Shown here in pieces: positions 12,796 to 23,136 of a stretch of 64,000 nt of DNA (position 1 is the stretch's first letter; the number at the start of each line of letters is the position of its first letter). The stretch is from Anthoceros angustus (lineage: Eukaryota > Plantae > Anthocerotophyta): NCBI GenBank assembly GCA_010909165.1, contig MU008169.1:434001-498000 (forward strand), given 5' to 3'. Under the pieces are notes generated by a model. The model saw only the letters and a list, made by a program, of their open reading frames with translations. It was not told the origin of the DNA and did no database searches. The position numbers and the translations under genes were made by a program.

Positions 12796-14159
12796 GAGGA
12801 GCAAGCCCAACCCCTTTCCACAAGGACATCACAGCGCAGCAATCCTCCAAGCCCTGGCAGCTCTCTCTGCCGCTGCTTCTTTTCCTTCTACAAATCCAGA
12901 ACCCTTCGTGCCTCAAACGGGCTGTACTCCAATCGCCTGCCGGCTCTTGGAACGTTGGAATGCGAATCATCCCTCCAGCTCAGAACAGACTTATGTGTCC
13001 TCCAACCATGACGAAGAGGCGGACGCAGTTTCCTGTTTCACCAGCTGTGTCTTCATAGGCTCGTGACCCCCGAAAAGCCCTTGCCCAGCATAGCTTGCCC
13101 AGCAGGCTCCCGCAGTACGCGATGGTACACATTGTACACAGCCTGCTGTCAGTTCGCAGATGCGTACAACACGGCACCCAATTTCGCTTTTCTGACACAC
13201 ATCCCAACGAATCCTGAAGAGACAGGAAAGCAGGGAGGTTTAGCCTACATATTTGATTCCACTAAGGACTGGATTTACACAAACACATGCTAACCAGTGT
13301 GGGCTAACAATGTGTCTACTAGGTCTGACGACATGTGTTGCTGCGCGCGGCGATGGCAGCGGCAACATACCAATGTGCAATGCGTATGTACAGAGGAAGC
13401 TTCCATGGCAGAAAGCAGGAAGGGAGACCGGAAGGTTCCGTCACGTTAGTGGCCTCACTGCTCGAAGTACGAAGGCGAGGAGGTTTGATGAGCAGTCAAA
13501 GAAGGACAGTCAGGTGAGTAACAAATTTTGAACTAACCGGCGTGGGATAGGCCAGGCGGGAATATTCTGAGCAGGATGCAAGGAGCGAGAGGATAAGCAT
13601 GACCGCACTGTCATGGCTAAAGATAGGAGGACTCCAGAAGCATCAACCCACAGTCACTTGCACGCTGATGAAAGAAATGTCTGGTGTGTGACGAATCTTG
13701 CTGAGATCGTCTTTGCGGAGAAGAGTGCTGCAATCGCTGCCTTGGTGCCGAGACTTACTCAGGTGATTGATGCTTGTGATTCTTGCCGGTTAGGTTTTGT
13801 GATGTAGCTGCTTGGTGCCGGATCGGGTTGTGTTGAGGGATTAGATCTGGAGAGGGAGCTCATGGCGTGTGATGGGATGGTGCAGACCAGTTTTCTGCTG
13901 AGTTATCTTACGATCAGAGGAATTGTGTTTCCAGACCTCCGATCTGCAAGAAAGATCTCGAAGGTGACTGTTTGATCGAGGCTTTGTGATGAGAGATGTG
14001 CCGCTTTGCGGAACATGCGATGTGAGATCGAGGGGAATGGCATTGGTGTTGCTGTTGTCTTGGCCGTGGTAGAGATGATCTTGTCTCGCGCAATTGGTTA
14101 GCTTCATACGAGCTCGTGTGGAATTTCGCAGATTTAGTTCGGGAGGAATCGATCGAGGC

Positions 14160-14933
14160 ATGGCTCAGGAGAAACCTGCGGTCCACATCGATTTGGGAGA
14201 GGATCTGGCTGACGAGCAGGAGGAGCACGTCGTGCAGCTCACACCGCGTGAGGCTCCTACGAAGTTGCCCTTGCCTCGGTGCGCAGATACCGAAGCGGAG
14301 GATCCATTCCACACCGAGTTGCTACATGTCACGGAAAGGTTGTCGGAGTTCGCAGTCGATTACACGCCGGAGGCTGTGAATCACAAGCCGGAGGAGTTGG
14401 AAATCGCCATCACTTTCGATCACAGAGGAGGAGCCCGGTGGAGATCTTTGAAGCAGTACGTGGCCGGCAGCTTCAACTCGAAGATCAAGACTCCTTCAGG
14501 GAATACTAGCGGCCTTATTTCCAGCTTCTACCTGTCGTCCTTGGAAGGAGACAGAAAGCGCGACGAGATCGCCTTCGAGTTTCTTGGGAAGGACAAGACA
14601 GTGGTCCAAACGAACTACTACACTTCTGGAGTCGGCAACCGGGAAGAGGTCCACGAATTGGGCTTCGACTCCTCTGAAGGCTTCCATGACTACACCATCC
14701 GGTGGTACCCGTCCAGGATTGAGTGGTTTGTGGATGGCAAATTGATCAGAACTGCTAGCCACGAAGAGGACAAGCCATTCCCGGAGAAACCAGCTTACTT
14801 GTATGCTTCGTTATGGAACGCTGCGGACGTCGACGAGGGACGACGGGCGGGCCCTTTAGTTGGTGGTGACGAGCCCTACGTTTTGTTCTTCAAAAATGTT
14901 GTTGTTCCTCTGTGCAACCTGGGAGAAGCTTGA
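14160..14933 (+). CDS. GH16 endoglucanase of the EG16 (XTH-related) type, with an atypical catalytic motif
   Basis: Intronless ORF with GNTSGLISSFYLSSLEG, DEIAFEFLGKDKTVVQTNYY, GNREEVHELGFDSSEGFHDYTIRW, IEWFVDGKLIR and YLYASLWNA. It lacks the XET C-terminal extension, as EG16 proteins do. Confidence 0.88.
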   Translation: MAQEKPAVHIDLGEDLADEQEEHVVQLTPREAPTKLPLPRCADTEAEDPFHTELLHVTERLSEFAVDYTPEAVNHKPEELEIAITFDHRGGARWRSLKQYVAGSFNSKIKTPSGNTSGLISSFYLSSLEGDRKRDEIAFEFLGKDKTVVQTNYYTSGVGNREEVHELGFDSSEGFHDYTIRWYPSRIEWFVDGKLIRTASHEEDKPFPEKPAYLYASLWNAADVDEGRRAGPLVGGDEPYVLFFKNVVVPLCNLGEA

Positions 14934-15857
14934 CAAGATCAGCGGGCGAAGGAAGTTTCACCCCTTTGCGGTGTCTCTCTGCCAACTGATGTAACAGTTT
15001 CCTGTAATGAACATGGTAGTTTGGAACAGGTATTGTGACAACTCTGTATGTAGCTCTGTTCCGACTGGTCTCTGTAGGAGATATCTCGAGAGACTAGTCG
15101 CATGTTTTTACTTGTGTTATTGAAAGGACATAAGAAAAAAATCGATGTGTACCATGAGATCCAAGGCAAGATTGCACCCATGCACGGCAGGGACCCTTTA
15201 GGGACATGGTCGAGGCCAAAGCCACAGGAGTCACCACTGTCCACCGGCCATAAAGGAGTCAGCAGACAGATGCACATCAACCTTTTTGGAACTTAACTCC
15301 GAGCATATAACAAGGACGATCCATTCCATGCTTGGAAATAAATTGGTTCCTTCCAGCTGCGCTCGCATAGCCTCCAGATAAAATCAACACCTCGCTGCTG
15401 CATGAACGCTTGCAAATCAGATGCTTCGACAGCATGATCTCTTGCTGAAGCAGAGGCCAGGAATGCGCAGCATGAAAGCTTACCCAACGGCAGCTACTTG
15501 AGACTGCTTGCTGTCGAGAGCTCCACAATCCTCTCCAGAACCTGAAAAAAGGAGGCTGCCGAGGTAGGCAAGGCAAGGCAACGGCAGCGAGAAATCTCTC
15601 AGGGCGAAGTAGATAGAATCGGTTCCAATGGAAAGACTGTACAGCAACTGCAAGGCCTGTAAACGGGGATCGCATCTTCTACCATTACCTAGATCCAGCA
15701 GAGTGGAGTCACGGAGAAACCCCATGCCGTGCAAAAACATCGTTCCAGGTCGGATTCTCCTCATCCGAAGGCATGCTGGAGCTGCAGGTCGAGTCTCGTC
15801 AGGCAGGGGCAGGCCACGCCATCCCCAAAGCCAGATCCACAAATTAGGTCAAGGACG

Positions 15858-16902
15858 CTAGGGTGGATTCCGGGGGTTCTGCGGCAGCAGCAACTGCCGC
15901 AACAGCTCCATCTTGTCAGCCTCGATCTTCATCATGGCATCCACAAATCTGCTGAAACTTGCAGCAAGCTCCGCGGCAGGACATCTCTGCTGCTTCCGTC
16001 GGCCCCCGCATCCGTCCTGCCTTCCACGCTTCTTCACCTCCGTGCTCCCATTGCTCGGCCCGGCAGCCTCCCTATCCCCCTCCGCACCCGACTGCTCCGG
16101 CCTTGTGAACGCATTCCCCGCATCCTCCTCCCGCCCGGCCCACGACTTCCCCGCACCAGCACCATCCAAGGCCGCCAAGGCCAAACCCTGGTGCGCCCCC
16201 GCGATCTCCATCCTATCCTCCTCCCCGAACTCGGACCCGGGCTTCCGGCTCGCGAACCCCGGGTCCCCAGCATCAATGCCGGGAATTCCCGGCACAGCGA
16301 CCGCCTTCGAGCTCTGCGCCACCTCCTTCCCCTCCTCCCGGCTTCTTCTGCACCGGCCCGACCAAACCTTCCATCCGCTCATACCAAAACCAAGCCCTCT
16401 TCCCTGCCCCAGCTGCCCCTCCCCCCGCGCCCATCCGAGACTCCTCCAGCCGGAATTTCTTCTTCAGATTCTCGATCTTGTTCTTGCACTGGATTTTGGT
16501 CTTCTTGCCGTAATCGTTGCATCTCTCGTTCACGTTGGCGGCCACCCACTCCCAGTCCTTGCTGCTGAAGTTCCCGCGATGCAGCTTCTCGAACCGCGCC
16601 TCGTACGCGTCCAGGAGCACCGTGACCCCGGCCACCGTCCACTCCTTGCTGTCCTTGCTGCAGGCCCGGCGGGCCTTCCCTCCGCCGCCGTCTCCCGCCG
16701 GAAGCTGCTGCGAAAGCTCCTCCGAGCTCCTGGCGGCCGGAGCCGCGCGCTTCAGCTCCCGCAGGTCCGGCACCAGCGGCTGTTCCACATGGAGGGACGG
16801 CGGGTCCGAGAAGACGGGCACCGGGGCACCACCACCACCATCCCGACCTGCTCCTGCTCCACGTCCTGCTTCTGCTTCTGCTTCTGTCCCGCGGCCTGCC
16901 AT
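15858..16902 (-). CDS. Trihelix (Myb/SANT-like) transcription factor split by a 1-nt frameshift near 16338
   Basis: One frame gives WTVAGVTVLLDAY...DWEWVAANVNERC...TKIQCKNKIENLKKKFRLE...WFWYERMEGLVG. A shifted frame gives the C-terminal coiled coil FSRFVDAMMKIEADKMEL. Removing one G from CCGGG joins them as KKPEEGKEV. Confidence 0.85.
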
Positions 16903-17649
16903 GGCAGGCACGGCCGCTCCCCGCCGTGCGCGGCCGCTCCCAGCGCGGCCTGAAACAACCCTGGATTGTCCATCTCCGAATGCCCGCAATGCGCCCGTCT
17001 GATGACGCCGAGCCCGCACCGGGCCCGAGGCAAGGATGTTGCGGGATGTCACCTCACCACATCACGCGCCAGAGCGAGAGCGAGAGCGGGCGGGAGAGAG
17101 CGAGCTCCATCGCCAGCCTCAGCGGAAGCGCAGCACACGATTGCGTGATGGAGATGGAGTGGATGCACATTGCCGATGCCTGATTCGGGGCTTGTTCCAG
17201 GACAAGCCACCAGTAGCTCTCTTTGGGTAACGCGTCGGCCAATCATCGTTGAGGAACAGGAACAGGAAAGCGCAAAAGACAACTTCTTTCCCCCTCCTAG
17301 TCACCAAGCCGTTAGTGTCACCATTACCGGACAAATACTACCCAAATATTACTATGACTCAGGTCTTCTCACCAAAAAGCATAGCTATCCGCTATCCGGG
17401 GCTTCGATTCCGGGTCTCTCCGTCAAATATTTTGTACCGCAACAACGCTTGTTCCACATGCTTGACAACGATCAAACCAACTATGCGACGTGGAGGGAGC
17501 GGGGGTATGCCTTTGGACGGTGCGCTAAGTTTCAGCAGCGCTTTACTGCATGAGGGAAATGTGGTATCCTCAACTCGAGCGTGGTGGATCTAACAGCAGT
17601 GAGATCTCACGATCGCGCTCCACGTTTCCGATGGATGCGGAATGATTTC

Positions 17650-17760
17650 GTTGTAAAATATGTTGTAAAATATGTTGTAAAATGTATTGTAAAATATGTT
17701 ATAAAATATATTACAAAATACATTATCAAATAAATTTTAATTTTATAATAATTATTATAT
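17650..17760. repeat. AT-rich 12-bp degenerate tandem repeat (TGTTGTAAAATA)
   Basis: About 5-6 decaying copies that grade into pure AT sequence at the left edge of the TE block. Confidence 0.75.
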
Positions 17761-17854
17761 TAAAATTTATAGTGGTTTTTCGGAGCTTTTTATTCTGGCA
17801 GCAGCAGCTGTAGCGTGGGGTGAGACCCTACTAGATATTTCAGGCTGGGGTACC

Positions 17855-18230
17855 TTATTCCAACAATGCGTCCCTCGCCGACTTTTCTATCTAGCTTGAG
17901 GGACTTCGACAACTAAGTCATGCGGGAGTTGGCTGATATCCTCAATCTAGACACCTTCGAATGCAGTGCTGGGGATCGTCTGGCGTGACGGCAACCATCC
18001 CTACCTGTCGTGTTTGGAGGCACATGTTTATTGGTCATGGAGGCCTCTAGGTCGGCAGCCTTTCTTGGAAGCTAGGCGCTCTCTGCCTCTATCTTAGCCT
18101 CTTGCTATCTAATTAAGGGTTCCTGCATTTTGGAGGCCTTCCTCTCGGACGTAGAGGATGGTAACGACGAGACGAGAGGGGTGCGCAAGCTAATTTGCGC
18201 ACTCCTCTGGAATTGGAACGTACCCTTATT
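17855..18230 (+). mobile_element. Degraded non-LTR retrotransposon fragment (CRE/SLACS-like RT C-terminal region)
   Basis: Translation RQPSLPVVFGGTCLLVMEASRSAAFLGS*ALSASILAS resembles the Q..LP...GGLGL.......AA(F/Y)L.SW segment after the RT thumb. It contains in-frame stops. Confidence 0.55.
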
Positions 18231-18468
18231 TATGAACCCCTCCCTTCGCAAGTGCACAAACTAGTTTACGCTCTCCTCTATCTTAGCCTCTTGCTATCTA
18301 ATTAAGGGTTCCTGCATTTTGGAGGCCTTCCTCTCGGACGTAGAGGATGGTAACGACGAGACGAGAGGGGTGCGCAAGCTAATTTGCGCACTCCTCTGGA
18401 ATTGGAACGTACCCTTATTTATGAACCCCTCCCTTCGCAAGTGCACAAACTAGTTTACGCTCTCCTCT
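18082..18468. repeat. 189-bp perfect tandem duplication
   Basis: ATCTTAGCCTCTTGCTATC begins at 18091 and again at 18280; the units look identical by eye. Confidence 0.95.
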
Positions 18469-18509
18469 CTTCACAACTACTAACCTTGTGAACATGACAT
18501 GCACGTAGA

Positions 18510-19370
18510 CTCTGAAGCAGGCCGAAGAGTTACTGTACAAGAAAAAATTGATTCCATATGGCTTCAAAAAGCCGCACGAAACAAGAAAGAGGATCAAAGA
18601 TTTACAAAACAATTCGAAACGCAAGCAAAAACTATGGTACCAGGTAAACATTAATGATATTCGGAAAGTGTTGCCTACTTAGGGAAGAGAGAATACAGAT
18701 TATTGACTTGCCGAGAGGGAATTTTTTAGACATATGGAGCAGAGAGGTGACATCTGATGACCTTGAGAAAATTATGGAAGGATTCATGACACTCATGGAT
18801 GCAAGGCACTTAAGGTGGTCTTCATGTATGGTCCGGACCAAATGAAAGACATGTTCGAAATGCTTTGAGAAAATGGTATAAACGCGGAGGTGTTTGTACC
18901 ATCATGTCTGATAGAAAGACAACTTGGTTATGGACTTTTCGAAAACTATGAGCACATGACAATGGGCTATGGTGTCCACTCTTTAGTGGAAGATATTTGG
19001 AAGTGCACTGCGTTATGCAATAACACGGTTGATGAGATTGGAGTCTTGCCCACTTTCATCAAATACAGCACCGTCGTTAGAATACTGTTGAATGTCTTCA
19101 ACGATAGTCACGTGGGTTGTCCTTACGAAAAGCCAATAATTTGGGCTGATGAATCTACTCTTTGACCTCTTTACAGAGAGAGGGGAGTGGTTGATAGATG
19201 GATGCTCAAGAAGCGGCAGTGGAATACTGGCGGCATTCCTGGAAGGCTGTAATTGCATCATTATTGACTTGGAGCAAAGGAGCACCATTTTCATCAAACA
19301 GCAGATAAAAGGGCATGAGGTCTTTCCCGGTGGTGATGAAAAACTAACCACAAAATCTCATATTGGGTGC
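18510..19370 (+). pseudogene. Decayed beta-class amino (N4-C/N6-A) DNA methyltransferase-like ORF
   Basis: Joining frames gives NDIRKVLPT*GRE../IIDLPRG (motif-IV position), DDLEKIMEGF, VVFMYGPDQMKDMFEML*ENG, FENYEHMTMGY, and CPYEKPII/GLMNLLFDLFTERGEWLIDGCSRSGSGILAAFLEGCNCIIIDLE (HP.QKP..L...LI..F...G..V.D.F.GSG...AA...GR..I.I(D/E) pattern). About 3 frameshifts and 2 stops. Confidence 0.7.
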
Positions 19371-19545
19371 CCACTTGCACAGTGCGCGCACCCTCAAAGT
19401 GCTTGCACGGTGCGCGCCAAAGTGCGTGCACTTTGGCGTGGTGCGCGCACTTGGGCGCGCACTTGCACAATGTGCACCCTTGGGCGCGCACTACCAGAGT
19501 GCAAACCCAAGTGCGCACGCACTTATGCTCTCCCTATGCAAATTG
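19365..19545. repeat. Cluster of short palindromes GTGCGCGCAC / GTGCAC / GCGCGC
   Basis: About 10 variants in 180 bp between the MTase-like and transposase-like segments. Confidence 0.8.
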
Positions 19546-19559
19546 CAAAACTCATATCG

Positions 19560-19900
19560 TCATAGTTCCTTGGCAGAACGTCTGGAGAGCGAATTGCGCT
19601 CGCACAGATTTCAGTTGAAACAAGAGCAACTGAAGCTAGCGAAGCATCAACTAAAGTGTGCGGGTCAACCCAGCCGATATATTGGAATTGCCATAGATAG
19701 AATGGACCAAAGTACGACAGAGCTTCAGCACTTCATAGGGCCTCCAAAAGATTTCGCCAATGGGTTAATTCGTGTTCATGTTGTTGGTTGTTTGGTATAC
19801 AATAATGTTATGAAGACGAAGGTGTATGTCAACTATTTGAACATCCGCAATGATGCCAACCTTACTATACATATTATTCAACATAAGCTCGAAGGTGTCG
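19560..19900 (+). mobile_element. DUF7869/Sola-like DDD transposase fragment, truncated at its 3' side
   Basis: RYIGIAIDRMDQSTTELQHF...PKD...IRVHVVGCLVYNN...IRNDANLTIHIIQHKL matches the I.IDGMDQ.K..LPHF...HL.GVLVHG...D.NLTI..L pattern. The first catalytic Asp region is present; the later ones are lost. Confidence 0.65.
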
Positions 19901-20200
19901 GAATATTGTGACGTGTGCTGCCACGCGATCACTCTCCTTCATCTTCAGCCCAAAGAACTCCTGTCTTGTTGCACACAAGGTGACTATGTTCTTTACATCA
20001 GATGTTGCAGTAAGCTGTTCCCATATCTCGTGACCAGACTCCAAATACTCAAAATCGGGGACAAGGTCAGCATCCAAACCTCCTATCAGCAATGCTACAG
20101 CTATAGAGTTGAGTTGATCCCATTTCTGGATCTTAGCTGCCTGTGTAGGAGGTAAGGTGGAATTAGGATTTGGCTTCCTCAATGTACCATCAACGACGTT
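19900..20200 (-). mobile_element. Ty1/copia gag (UBN2/Retrotran_gag_2-type) fragment
   Basis: KWDQLNSIAVALLIGGLDADLV...SGHEIWEQL...RQEFFGLKMKESDRVAAHV is typical of copia gag. It abuts and truncates the transposase fragment. Confidence 0.8.
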
Positions 20201-20624
20201 CCATACCCCTCAAGCAACAAGGGTGGATTTCATGTGGACTTTCCAGACTTAGTATCTAGTCCCATTAAATCTATCCTTTTTCTTCAGTTATGAGGTAAAG
20301 GTGACACCTGAAGATGAGGTAGACGCATATGCCATGCTAGCTTGCTACTGTATTGTCAACCTTTGAAAATGATTGACCAAATTGTTAAGGGAGTTGTTGG
20401 ACATAACAGCGTCTCTGCACACGGATGAAGCCGGACCCCTTTTTGCACTTAAAAAAATCCACACTATAATCATCCTTTTTGGTATTTCTCTGCAAACATG
20501 TCACCCGCAACCTTTTGAATAATTGTTTTGATACACGTTATTTGAGATTGTAGATTGCAAGTACATGGCAAAAACCTAAAGTCCCATTCTCGTTCGGCTT
20601 TTTCTTTCAAACCGACATGTAATC

Positions 20625-23136
20625 GCGCAAACTTATGCGCACTTATCAAACTTCAACCCGCAATCATTGCCGTGTTGGACGATACAAATATTTAGAGTTT
20701 TTAGGGCTTGTTGACTGCGAAACTTGTTTGCGCACCAACCTTTCATTCATACCTCAATCCTAAGACTATACTCGCCTCGGAATTTTACAGACTTTGTTTC
20801 TTAGACATTGGGACAATAATATCTGACCGATGCTCTTGATCCACGCAAGGAGAATGAGAGTGGCATGGTCTCGCACTTGAGCGGGCCCACGCCAAACGTC
20901 TCAAGATTCAAAAGATGCAAAAGGTTCTCACTACTAGTTCAAAGTTTTAACCACTAGAAAAAGATGAGGGCTAAGTAAAGATAAGAACATATCCACATTA
21001 GGGAGGTGCACAAAAAAGGTTGAAAACGTCGAAAGGAACCCTTTAAAACAACAAAAATATCAAAAAATACCAAAAATTTCAAAAATATCAAAATTTTAGG
21101 GCAAGTGCACGCACTTGCCTCAAAAATTGGACTTTTTGGGATTTTTGGGTTTTAGATTTTGCTCTTTTTCTTTGATGAACTGAATGCTAGGAGGCATGAA
21201 CCATATGGGTTCATGCTCCTAGGCCCTTCTTGACCTTGGGTGCGCACACTGGGCCCCCTTGCCCTCGCGTGCAGACTGGGCCCCCTGCCCCCGGGTGCAC
21301 ACAGTGCGCACACTGGGCCCCCTTGCCCCTGGTGCACATGCACTTGTTCACCCAGGCCCCCTTGCATGTTTGATGATAACCCGATACTAGGTCATCACGA
21401 AAGAGACTAAACACCGTAAAGGATAAAAAGGGATAGGGTGTTCTTTGTCGCATTAGGGCATAGGATAGATATATGAGAGGTCTAGGTGAACCTCCACTAC
21501 TACTTGTTATTTTGTTGGAGTTCCATCCTCGACCTCTAAAAGGACATGTTTCCCATTAGAAGATCATTTTTCGCTCTTTTTCCATGCATGCGGCACAAGT
21601 ATGCATGATGCGGCACCTCCCAACTTATGCGCCTAGGCCCCCGTATACAAAAACATACAAAACCACACAAAATGTAGAAACTACGACATGACAAAATTAT
21701 GGAACAATGAGGTCATTGGCCCCTCATCACACCGACTAAATCGCCATGAACCTTAAGTACAAGGTGCCAGCGTGTAAATGACTCGACAGGAAGTGGTGCG
21801 GAGCCGAGAATGCCAAACCGATGGACCAGGCGCAAACTTATGCGCGCTTACATCTAAACAACCCGGCAATCATTGCTGTGATGGACGATACAAATATTTA
21901 GAGTTTTTAGGGCTTTTGTAATTCCAGTGCACGCAAACTTGTTTGCGCACCAACCTTTCATTCATACCAGTCAATCCTAAGACTATGATCTCGCTCTGGG
22001 AATTTTACAGGACTTTGTTTCTTAGACATTGGGACAATAATATCTTCGTTGACCTGATGCTCTTGATCGACGTACAGTGCGAGAATGAGAGTGGCATGGT
22101 CTGCATTTGGAGCTGGGCCCACGCCAAACGTCTTAAGATTCAAAAGATGCAAAAGGTTTTCACTACTAGTTCAAAGTTTTAACCACTAGAAAAAAAATAA
22201 GGGCTAAGTAAAGATAAGAACATATCCACATTAGGGAGGTGCACAAAAAAGATTGAAAATGTCGAAAGGAACCCTTTACAACAACAAAAATATCAAAAAA
22301 ATGCCAAAAATTTCAAAAAATATCAAAATTTTAGGGCAAGTGCACGAACTTGGCTCAAAAAATTGGACCTTTTTGGGATTTTTTGGGTTTTTTTAGAATT
22401 TTTGCTCTTTTTTTCTTTGGATGAATCGTTTGGGAATGCACTAGGAGGCATGAACCATATGGTCATGCTCCTAGGCCCTTCTTGACCTTGGGTGCGCACA
22501 CCTGGGCCCCCTTGCTCCCTGGTGCGCGCACTTGTGCGCACACTTGGGCCCCCTTGCCCCCTGGTGCACACACTTGTGCGCGCACTTGGGCCTTCTTGCC
22601 CCTTGGTGCACGCACTTGTTCACCCAGCTAGGCCCCCCCTTGCATGTTTGATGATAACCCGATACTAGGTCACCGCCGAAAGAGACGGAAACACCGTAAA
22701 GGATAAAAAGGGAATAGGGTGTTCTTTGTCGCATTAGGGCATAGGATAGATATATGAGACCAGTCTAGGTGAACTTCCACCCATATCTGCTACTTGTTAT
22801 TTTGTCGGGAGTTCCAGCCCATCCTCAGACCTCTAAAAGGACATGTTTCCCCATTAGAAGATCATTTTTCGCGTTCTTTTTCCACAGTGCGTGCACAAGT
22901 ATGCACAGTGCGTGCACCTCCCAACTTACACGCGCCTAGGCCCTCCTGGTATACAAAAACATAAAAAACCACACAAAATGTAGAAACTACGGAAATGACA
23001 AAATTATGGAACATTGAGGTCATTGGCCCCTCATCACACCGAGTAAATCGCCATGAACCTTAATACAAGGTGCCAGCGCAGTGTAAATGACTCGATAGGA
23101 AGTGGTGCTGGAGCCGAGAATGCCCGAAACCGATGG
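20625..23136. repeat. Two head-to-tail copies of a ~1.2-1.3 kb non-coding repeat with internal GTGCGCAC/GGGCCCC arrays
   Basis: GCGCAAACTTATGCGC starts at 20625 and 21830, and the copies are collinear. Internal arrays lie at ~21235-21365 and ~22485-22640, longer in copy 2. Confidence 0.9.

Noticed and set aside
15729-16953. Long plus-strand ORFs of 279 and 346 aa
   Set aside because: Antisense shadows of the GC-rich trihelix gene; Pro/Ser/Ala-rich with no domain.
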